Shown piece after piece: positions 46,056 to 56,051 of a stretch of DNA of 64,000 nucleotides (within the stretch, counting starts at the first letter, position 1; every line of letters begins with the position of its first letter). This DNA comes from Rebecca billardiae RCC1528 (Eukaryota > Protista > Haptophyta). The stretch is from contig OZ251249.1 in the NCBI GenBank assembly GCA_965240325.2, positions 744,001 through 808,000 on the forward strand, written 5' to 3'. A program made the position numbers and the translations under genes. The notes under the pieces were generated by a model, which was not told the DNA's origin, searched no databases, and saw nothing but the letters and a program-made list of their open reading frames with translations.

Positions 46056-46136
46056 CGCGCGGTTATCGAAACGACTATAAGCCAAGACTATGACCGGACG
46101 CCCTACTATATGATGTGAGTACTCGTCATGAGACAC

Positions 46137-46243
46137 GTTTGTATGAAAGTAGGGGGAATGTTTGTATGAAAGTAGGGGGAATGTTTGTATGAAAGTAGGG
46201 GGAATGTTTGTATGAAAGTAGGGGGAATGTTTGTATGAAAGTA
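46137..46243. repeat. 23-bp perfect tandem array (GTTTGTATGAAAGTAGGGGGAAT) x4.6
   Basis: Four identical copies plus a 15-nt partial copy, ~80 bp upstream of the RepHel ATG. Confidence 0.97.
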
Positions 46244-47311
46244 ACGGCTCTTCACATACGAAGATTGGACGCCTCGCGCGCGAACATTGCCGTATTTGCC
46301 AATACGGTAGAGGAGTCGGGGGGGGAGCATCAGGTAAAAGTGTGTTGTGCGTAAACTGTACGGTCGGTGGTGTTCCAGAGCGGGCGATCATCTTTCGCGC
46401 TCGCGAGCTCGCGGCCAAAAATCGCTCGGCGCCTCAGGGCCCACGTCCGGCCTGCATGGCGTCGACGGTGACCAATGCGATGGAGGCGCAGCGCAAAGCG
46501 GCGTACGAGGCGCACCGCACGCACCTGCCGGGTTTGCAGCCGTGGACAGAACCGCATCTTGGCGAGTCGGCGGCCCTCGTCGCACAGCGCTCGATCCCAC
46601 GGACGCACATCCGCCACGAGAGTGAAACGCCGAGCGTGCAACATCGTCGCCCCATCCTCCACCATGGCACGGGCGCTGCTGGACGAGGCCGACGTCGTGA
46701 AGCCAGTGGCACATGCGCTGCGCTTCATGTGCCTGCTCGAGCAGCGCGTGCCCACCCTCGATCGCGAGTGGCACACGCTCTCGCACTGCACGCGCACGCA
46801 CCGCACTTCCAGACGACCTAAACAAATGAAACATGACATCACACTCCGCCACCACTGTTTAGCTCCGAGGACATTGAACCGTCACCGTCAGGCGTCACAA
46901 GCAAGCCGCCGTCGCACGCCAATCAGTTGGCAGTGCGCCGTGCGCGCAGTCGACGCCGGCTCGGCACGATGACGAGTACGGCGCAGTGGGTGCACGAATA
47001 CACGCGCAATCACACTGTCGGTGAGATCACCAGAGTCATCTGTCGCGTTATTATTCGTCAGTGAGTCAGGTAGCTCACCATCTGATCTGTGTGTCGCACT
47101 GTTATTCGTCATCCTGCCCGTCAAACCGCTAAATAAAACTAAAAGGCGCGAATAACGACCCGCTGAAGGAAATATTGCGACAGCACTGGCACGGCCCGCC
47201 GACCCCCCCGCCCGCCAGGGCAGAGTTTTTATTAAGCGCAGCCTGCTCGTCGTCAGTCGTCCGTGCACGGGCACCGCGTCGAGCACCGCACTCCGCAGCG
47301 TTATATTGCCA

Positions 47312-49958
47312 TCAATCACCGCTGCCGCCGCCACCGACGCTGCCGGCCGCGTCGTCGTTGCCGTCATCGGGCTCAGCCGCGGAGTCCGGTGGTGGCGCGT
47401 GCGGCGGCGGTGGCGGCTGCGGAGCATCGCCTTCCTCCCCATCCGTCACGGCGCCGCCCGCCGGCCCGTCGGCGTCGGCCTCACCGTCCTGCTCACCACC
47501 TGGCGGGTGTGTTGCCGTCCCGGCCTGCGCCGCCCCCGGCCTGTCGGCATCTGTCGGCGGCGGCTCGTGCGGCGGCTCGTGCGGCGGGGCCGCCGCATTG
47601 GCGGCGTCTGGAGGCGGCGGCTGCGGCTGCGGCTGCGCCACCGCCTCGTCCCGCGCCGCCCCGGCGGCTGCCTCTGGCCCGGCAGCATCCGCGTGCTGCC
47701 CGTGCGCGGACGTCCGCTCGTCCTGCGGCGCCTCGAGCGGCGCCGGCCCCGCAGCAGCTGCCTCTGGCGCGGCAGTGTGCTGGGCGTGCGCCGCCGCTCC
47801 CTCGTACTGCGGCGCCTCGAGCGGGCCCCACTCCGCCTCGTGCTCCCACCGGCGCAGCAGCAGCGCGTGCGCGGCGCGCACGTACCCCACGACAGGCGCG
47901 CGCACCGCGGCGCCCACCGCCTCGGCGGTGAGCGTGGCGCCGCCGGGCGCGGGCTCGGCGGGCCCGGGCTCGCGCGGCGGCGCGCGGCCCGCGCTGCCGT
48001 CCGCCGGCTTCTCCTCGCCCTGCGGCGCGGCCGCCGCGGGCGCGTCGGCGGCTGCACCGCCGGCATCCGCGCCGCCGCCGACGGCGCCGGCGTCAGCGGC
48101 AGGACCCGCCGCCGCCACCATCCGCGGCGGCAGCAGCTGTTGCGCGCTGAACTCGAACGGCCCGCCCTCGTCGCCGCCGCGCGCCGCACGCGACACGATC
48201 TCAGCCACGGCTGCGTCCACGTCCACGCCGCCGCTGCTGCCCGCGCGCGCCGGCCGTCCGTGCGCGCTCACGCTCAGCGTCGGGTCCGCGTTCTTGACGA
48301 ACCACGGGTGGCGAAGCAGCTGCGCCATGCTCAGCCGTCGCGCGGGGTCGACGGCGAGCGCACCGCGCAGCAGGGAGGCAAGCTCGGCCGACGCGCGCGC
48401 GGGCAGCTTGAACTTGCCGCGGCACACGCGCTGCCGCAGCAGGTGGACAGAGCCGCCGTCGAAGGGGAAGGCGCCGGTGGCGAGCGCGTAGGTCATCACG
48501 CCGAACGCCCACACGTCCGCCTTTCGCCCATCGTACGGCTTGCCGCGCAGGATCTCCGGCGCGTTGTACAGAAGACTGCCGCACGGCATCGTTAGCTCCG
48601 AGCCCTCCGCCACGCGCACCGCCAGACCAAAGTCTGTGAGGGCGCACCGGCCCCAGTAATCCAGGAGTACGTTGTCCAGCTTCACGTCGCGGTGGCAGAC
48701 GGCGTGCGCGTGGCAGTAGCACAGCGCCGCCGCCGCCTGGCGCCGGCGCGAAGCAGGCGCAGGCGCAAGGGGGGCGAGGCAGACTGAGGGGGTGCGGGCA
48801 CAGTCGCGCTGCGCCGCGCGCGCGGCACGCGACCGCGCCGCCGCGCGCCACCCATCGCGTGCGGCGCGCTGACGCCCGCCGCGGCGCGCGCCGGCCCCCC
48901 GCTTCCCGTGCGTGCACACACCGCTGCCCACCGCACCCGCCACGCCCGCCACGCCGCCCGCCCGCCCGCCGCGCGGAGCGCCGCACGCGCACACCTGCAC
49001 GAGGATGGAGGCGGCGTCACCCTCCGGCACCGCGCCGCCGCGTCCGTCGAGGTACGCAGCCAGCGAGCCGCCGCGCACGATCTCCTGCACGATGTAGAGG
49101 TGGGAGGAAGTCTCGCGCACGTGGAGCACCTGCGGCAGTGTGTGTGTGCGCGTGTGCGTGTGTGGCGGCGGGGGCGCGCGAGGCATGGGCGGTGGTGCGG
49201 CCGCGGGCGCGTGGCAGGGCTGACGCGGCCGCGCACGCGCGCGCTCGGCGCGCCGGACGCGTGTGTGGACTCGGCCGCGCGCGCGCGCGTAGCCGCCCCG
49301 CGGCGGAGTGGGGAAGGCACGTGCCGCGCAGCCGCACTCCGCCCCGGCGGGTGGCCGGGTGGCGGCACGGCATGTGCCGCGCTGCTTCCCCACGCAATAA
49401 GGAAACAGCATCACGCCAAAAAAACAAGCATGCTGCGAAATCAAAAATCAAAAGGCGCACCTTGACAATGTTGGGGTGGTCGAGCCACGCCTGCAGCCGC
49501 CACTCCATCTCCGCGCGGTGGCGCAGCCGCGCGTTGCTCAGCGCCTGCCGCCGGAGGCATTTGATCGCCACCTGCGCACACGAGGCGGCGGCGGGGCCAA
49601 CAGCCGCCAGCCACAGCGGGGGCGCCGTACCAGCCAGGGGGGCGTGCGTGCGCGCGCGGCGCGAGGCAGCGCGGCGCGTGAGCGCAGGCGCGCATGGCGC
49701 CCGCCGGGGCGCGCCGCGCGCGCACCTCGCAGCCCGACAGGCGGTGCACGCCCAGTCGCACCGCGCCGTAAGACCCAGTCCCCAGCTGCCGGCCCATCGC
49801 GTACAGAAGGTTCACGGAAACTTCCTCCGCGCCCGCGGCGAGACCGCCGGGCGACGGCCCGGCGGGGCGGGCGGGCGGCGGGGAGGAGGGCGGCGAGCTG
49901 CGCGGCGCATCCGCGCCCACCGCAGCGCCGCGCCCACCGTCGTCACCGCCGCCGCCCT

Positions 49959-49996
<38 letters not shown>

Positions 49997-51351
49997 GCGG
50001 CGGCGGCGGTTCCTCTCTCGCCGCGGCCGGCGCTCGCGGCCGCGGCGAGCGACGCGCGGCGCGGCTTGCGCGCGGAGCGCTGCTGCGGCGGCTGCCGCGC
50101 CACGGCGGGGCTCGCCCCAGGCACCCGCCGCCTGCGCCCGGAGCCACGCCCCTGGGCCAGCGCCGCCTTGCCCGCCGCGGGCGGCGGCGGCGGCGGCTTC
50201 GGCTCTGCTGCGGCCGCGGCCGCGGCGCCGGGCGAGGGCGCGCGCGCTGCCGGCGGCGGCGCCGCCGGGCTCAATGGCGGCACAGCCGCCTCGGCGGGCT
50301 CGGCGAGCGGCGGGCCAACCACCGCGCGCGCGCCCGCGCCCGCGCCCGCCGCCTCGGCCCCGGCGCCCTCCGCAGCAGCGGCCGGCGTCGCGGCCGGCGC
50401 CGCATCGAGCGCAGCAGCAGTGGCCTGCGGCGCGCCCGCGGGCGCGCCCGCCGCCCGCTCCGCATCGGCGTCGGCTACCGCGGCGTCACGCGCAGCTGGG
50501 CCCGCGTGGGCCTCGCCCGCGCCACGTGCCGCCTCCTCCGCGCCCGGCGCCGCCTCAGCCGAGTCCGGGTGAGTCCGGCGCTCGTCTGGCTGACCGCCGT
50601 CGTCGTTGACGCGCGCGGCGCCGTCGTCGCGAGCGGCGGGAAGCATGGCGGGCGCGGAGGAGACGTTGGGCGCGCCACGCCGGCTGGCGCGCGCGCGCGC
50701 CGCGCCCGGCCGCACCCGCGTGCGCACGCCACCACCCAGCCCGTGCCCACCGCCACCGCCACCACCCACGCCGCCGCCGCCGCGCCGTCGCCGCGTCGGC
50801 GATGGCGCGTGGGCATCCGCGCGCGCGCGCGCGCGCGGCTCGGCGGCGGGGTGCTCGTGGTCGGGTGGCGAGCGGGAGCGGCCGGGCGAGCGCGATCGAT
50901 CGAGCTCGTCCGCGCCGCCGGCGCCCGTCGACACGGCGCGCCGCTCGGGCGAGGCCGCGCCGGTGCGCGCGCGGCCGCCGGCGTGTGGCAGCGCAAGCGA
51001 GCGCGCGCCGCGCAGCTGCCGGCGGTGGCGGCCGGAGGGCGCGGCGGGGCCGGCGAGCGGGTTGTCGGCGAGGAGCGCGCGCGCGCGCGCGAGCGTCATC
51101 CCCGCGCCCGCCGCGCCGTGCACGCCGCCCTCCGCGCCGCCGCCGGCCGGCGCGATGCGCGGCAGCGGCAGCACACTCGCGCCCTTGGCTGCGGCGGGGC
51201 CGTATGCGGTTGGGTCGGTGGCGGATGGCACGTCCGCCATACGGCCGCGCGCGCCAACGGGCGGGAGCGAGGTGCCCCCGCCACCGCCGCCGCGCGCGCC
51301 GCCCGCCCCGCGCTCATTGTGCGCTGGCTCGAGGAGCGGCGGGGGCGACAT
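47312..51351 (-). CDS. CAMK-group (SNF1/MARK-like) Ser/Thr protein kinase, 4 exons
   Basis: LGTGSYGAV, VAIK, HPNIVK, HRDVKLDN, DFG, CGSLLYNAPE and DVWAFG. Exons 51351-49726, 49571-49461, 49129-48995 and 48736-47312 are all GT-AG and phase-consistent. Confidence 0.92.
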
Positions 51352-51760
51352 CGCCCACGGCCCCCGGCGCATCGACCGTCATCTGTTGGCCTGCTGGCTG
51401 CTGCCCCAACGCGAGGGGCCGCCTACGAAACGTCCACGATGGCGGCGTCAGCCCGCGCGGGTGGGCTGTGCACCCAGCACGCGCACCGTAGGTGAGCATC
51501 ACGGCGGCGTGCATCGATCGTCATCGTCAGCATCGTGCATGCAGCAGTCGTCACCATCAGCCGCTCAGCCGATTCAGCGGGCTCACCGCGGGGCTGAGAG
51601 CGCCTGAACGGCGGGCCGCGCCCTGCCAGACCGCAAAGAGTGTCACCGCCGGCCCCGGCCCGCGACCGGCCGTCGGCAATGGGTCCTCTGGCGCGCGTGG
51701 TGCGACAGGTGCGTCGCGCCGACGAGCGCCAACGCCCACCGGCCCGCGCGGAGACCGTGG

Positions 51761-52482
51761 CTACGGCCACACCGTCACGCCGAGCGTGAGGCTCCCCTCG
51801 ATCAGCGCGTGCGCGCGCTCGAGCGGCGTGCCGTCGCGCGGCGCGTGCGCGAGGTGCACCACCGCCTTGCCTAGGAAGTCGTGCGTGCCGAGGGCGTCGT
51901 GGTCGTACACGTCGACGACGACGGACGCGTGCGCGGAGACGCCGTCGAAGGTGAACGCCTCCGCCCACGCCGGCCGCGCGGACGAGGGGAACACGGCCGT
52001 GCGGCCGCGCTGCGTCCGGTGCACGTCGTCGATTTTGACGAAACAGAAGGCGCAGGGGAGCGAGCCGGCGCCGCCCGGCGGCGGCTGGCCGGCGCGCAGC
52101 GCGGCGCGCGCCTCGGGCCCGCCGCCGTCGCGCGGCGGGAGGCCGTCCGCGCGGAGCACGCGCACCTGCACCGTGTGCCGCGCCTCGGCGGGCGCGCGCG
52201 CGTCGGGCGCGCGCGCCGCCTGGTCCCAGTCCACCGCGTCCGCCTCTGCGCAAAACGGCGCCTCGCGCGGCGCGGGCGGGCCGGCCGCGGCCGTGGGCGC
52301 GCCGTGCAGGTGGGCGCGGTAGCGGGCGACGAGCGCGTCGGCCTCGGCGCTGTCGCGCAGCGCCGGGCACGCGGAGAGCTGCGCGCGCGCGGCGCGCGGC
52401 GCGCACGGCGTCAGTACGGCGCGGCGCGGCGGCGTGTGTGTGTGTGTGGCGCGCGCGCGCGGCCCCCGCCCGCGGTGTCGGC

Positions 52483-52522
<40 letters not shown>

Positions 52523-55500
52523 GCGCACCGTCAGCGGCGCGCGCTCGTCGCCGACCCAGCTGAGCGCCGCGCCGCCCGCGCCGCCGTCGGCTGCCCGCGC
52601 GGGGCGCACGCACAGCACGAACGGAGCGCAGTGCCCCGGCTCCGCGGCGCACGGCACGACCGCGTACGAGCGGCCGCGCGCCAGCTTGAGCCGCAAGCTC
52701 AAGCACGGCGCTCGGACGAACGGTGCGGAGTCCGTCAGCCTGCGGCGGCGGCCGAGGTCTGTAAGCCTCCCGCCGTCGGCGAGCTCCGCGGCCGAGGCGG
52801 CCTCGGCGACGACCAGGCCGATCGCCGGCACGCGGCTCGGCGCGCCGCCGCCGCCGCCGCCACGCGCAGACCTCGCCGCGCCGGCCGCGGCCGCGCTCGG
52901 GCGCGCGCGCGCGAGCCGCGCGTCGGCGACGCAGAGCGAGATTGCAATCTCGGCGTCGGCGCGCGCCGTGAGCACATAGTGAGGGTTGGTGGCGAAGGTG
53001 ACCGCGCGGGGCCCGCCGCCCGCGCTGGCGCCGTCCCATCGCCCGGCCACGGCGAGCTCGACCGCGCTCACGCCGTCCAGCGGCGCCGGCGCCGGCTCCG
53101 AGATTGCAATCTCGCCCAGCGCGCGCGAGATTGCAATCTCGGCCGAGAGCCAGAACCAGCTGCCGTCGTCTGCGCACGCGCCGCCCTCGCCGCCAAGCAG
53201 CGCGCGCAGCGCGCCGTCGCTCACGCCGCCCGCGAGCGGCGGGAGCGCCGCGTCTGCCATGGCGCGCAGCGGCGCGGCGGCGGGGGGGAAGGCACACACA
53301 GCGCGCGCGCACATCCGTTCAGCGGCCGGGCGTGAGGCGCGCAGCGGGCACGCCGAGGCCACTGCCTTTAGCAGGCGGGGGCGCGGCGCGGCGCGGGGGT
53401 GGCGCGCGGGGGTGGGCGCGCACCGTTGCCGGCGGCGGCCGCGTCGGCGGCGGCGCGCGCCCCTTCCCACACGCCCGTGCGCACGCCCTGCCCCGCGCGC
53501 TCGGGCGCGAGCGCCGCCCACGGGTTGGCGAGCAGCAGCAGCGGCGGCAGCGCGACCGGCCCTGCCGCCTGCGCCGGCCGCGCGCCAACGACCGCGTACG
53601 TGCGCGCGCGCCACAGCCCGCCGCCGCCGTCGTCGTCCCAGCCGGCGGCGGCGGCGGCACCGCCGGCGGCGGCGGAGGCGTCGGCGGGCACGCCCGCGCG
53701 CGCCGCGACGAGCGCGCCGCGGCCGAGCGCGGCCGAGACGGCGTCGACCAGCGCGGCGGCGTCGGCGGCAACGGCCGAAGCTGACTTGACCGGCGGCGCC
53801 GCCGGCTTGGCCGCGGCCGCGCGCGGGTGCAGCCGCGCGCTCTCGAGGCTCGCGCCCGTGAGCAGGCGGAGCCCGCGCTCGAGCGAGCCGCTGTGCAGCG
53901 CGGCGTAGCTGCCGTGCAGCTTCGCCGCCGCCTTCTCCAGCAGGCCCACCAGGATCGCCGCGCGCGGCGCGGGCCCCGCCGCCGAGCCGGCCGCGCGCGC
54001 CGCGCCGCCGCCGCCCCGCGCCGAGCCCGAGACTGCCGCCGTACCAAATAGCGGCCGGCGCGTGCGCGCGTGGCACGGCAGGCGGTCGTCGACGGTGATC
54101 GCCCGCCAGCCGCCCTCGGCCCAGAGGTGCACGCACGCCGCGCCCGCCGACGCGTCGTGCAGTACGCGCGCGCGCAGCACCGCCACCGACGGGTGCTCCT
54201 CGCCGCTGTCCGCGTCCGCCGCGCGCGCGCCGCTGGCCGCCGAGCGAGCGCCGGGCGCGCCGCCGCTGTCGCGCGCGCGCGCCGCGGCGCCGCCGCCGCC
54301 GCCCACGTGCGCCGCGTGATGGTCGGTGCTGTGCAGCAGCAGGCCGAGGGCGGAGAGCAGCCAGCCGTCAGCGAGGTGCCCCTGCACCAGCCGCACCGCG
54401 CCGCCCGGCTGCAGCGGCGGCCCCGCCGCCTCCACCGCCGCCACCTCTCTCGGCCTCAGCCAGAGAACACCCGCGCCGCTCAGCCCGCGCGGAGGTTTCG
54501 CGGAAACTTCGTACAGCGCCGCGCGGTCCGCGCGGAAGAGCGGGTCCTCGAAGGGGGCGCGGAGCGCCTTGCTCGCGGCGAGCACGCGCTCGTAGTCGTG
54601 CGCGCACGCGAGGTGCGCCCACGCGCCCTCCACGGACGCGGCCAGACCGGCAGACACTGCGGCGGCGGGCGCAAGCAAGGCGGGCGCGCCGGGCGGCGCG
54701 AGCCGGCCGCGCGGCCGCACGCCAGGCTCTGAGCTGAGCTCGGCGGCGGCGAAGAGCTCCTCGGCGGCGGGCTTGTCCGGGAGCCCGGCGGCGCGGCGCG
54801 CGGCCCACACCGCGCTCACGCTCGGCTGCACGAGCAGCGCGCCGTACGCCAGCACCGTCGGCAGCGGCGCGCCCGCGCCCGCGGCCGCGCCCGCCACCGC
54901 CTCCGCCGCGGCGCCACTCCCATCAGCCGCGCTCGAATCCAGCGCCGCCCACAGCTCGCGCGCGCCGGCGGCGGAGGCGTCGATGTCGACGTAGCGGTAC
55001 GCGAGGCGCTCGGCGCCCAGGTCGCCGCGCAGCCGCTGCGTCGCGCCGTCCGCCGCCTTGCCGAACACCGTCACGCCGACGGCCCCGAGTGCAGAGCCAC
55101 CCGCGGCGAAACCGGCCTCGCCGCCGCCGGCCGCGGCGGCGCCGGTCGCGCCGCCCGGCGCGCGCGCGCCGGCGGCGGCGGCGCGGGGGCGGGCAGCCCG
55201 GCGATGCGGCGCGCGAGCAGCACGTCCTCCACGCGCGGCCGCCGCACCACCGTGCCGTACGCGTCGAGCACCGGCCACTGCAGCGGCACCTCGCCGCCCC
55301 GCCACCACGGTGCGCGCCGGCACTGCTGCCACACGGACTCCAGCCGAGGCCGCGCGCCCGGCGGCAGCGTGTCGACGAGCTCGAGGTCGGGGCCGAGGCC
55401 GGCGCGGCGGAGGTCGCGCACGAGCGCGACGCTCCACGCGTCCGCCTCGAGCGGCCCGCGCGTGTACACGACGAGCCGCCCGGCCGCGCCGGCCGCGGCG

Positions 55501-55880
55501 GCCGCCGCGCCGTCCGCGCTCGTCTCGGGCGTCGGCTCTGCAAAGCCGCGCGCGCGTAGCACGTCGAGCACCTCGTCCACGCTGGGCGCCTGGAGCAGCT
55601 GGCCCTCCACGTCCACCAGCGGGATGTCCACCTCGAGCCCAGCGCCGGACGCCGCCGCCTCGAGCAGCGAGGGCTGCGCGGCGCGCAGCTTGGCCAGCGC
55701 CTCGCTCCGGTTGGGCGCCGGCCGCACCGGCTCGAGCGGGCGCGAGACGAAGGAGATGCCCCGCGCGCGGCACTCGCGGAGGAGCTCGGCCGTGCCTGAC
55801 GAGTCGTCACGGCCGTACACGATCACGTGCCCCACGGGGAGCTGCCGCCCCGCGCCGTGCGGCGGGTGCGCCGCGAGCAT
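51761..55880 (-). CDS. Fusion protein: 3x glutaredoxin-like folds + catalytically dead calpain CysPc + calpain domain III + C2 domain
   Basis: FEDPLF, WLRPRE, QGHLADGWLLSAL, VDDRLP, LLEKAAAKLHGSY, NPW; GRWDGASAGG..NPHY; C2 motif VDVYDHDALGTHDFLG. Introns ~53423-53254 and ~52528-52379; a 1-bp frameshift near 55185-55189. Confidence 0.8.
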
Positions 55881-56051
55881 GCGTGGCGGCGAGTTGCAAC
55901 TTCAAACGGGACGCCGCCCGCCTGCCGGCCCGCCGGCCGGCCCAAACGGAAAGGCCGAGCCAACTTTTCGGTTGACGAGACCGGCCTCGGTCAAGCCGAA
56001 GCGGCGCCCCGCCGCCCCGGCCCTCGCTTCGCCCGGCGGCGTCCCGGGAGG
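55881..56051. promoter_or_regulatory. Probable bidirectional promoter
   Basis: 171 bp between head-to-head ATGs at 55880 (-) and 56052 (+). Confidence 0.45.

Larger units (their letters stand above)
33235..47230. mobile_element. Helitron-like rolling-circle transposon (Helitron2/HLE2-type ends), ~14 kb
   Basis: Contains an intact HUH-Rep/PIF1 ORF. Left hairpin GGCGGGCC-GTA-GGTCCGCC; inverted 10-mer ACGGCCCGCC at 47191-47200 followed by a short stem-loop and T5. The element class is secure; the boundaries are inferred. Confidence 0.75.

Noticed and set aside
46056-46418. 5' extension of RepHel to 3635 aa as in the ORF track
   Set aside because: It begins at a non-ATG codon and runs through the 23-bp array, translating it as a rotating-frame repeat; likely non-coding upstream DNA.
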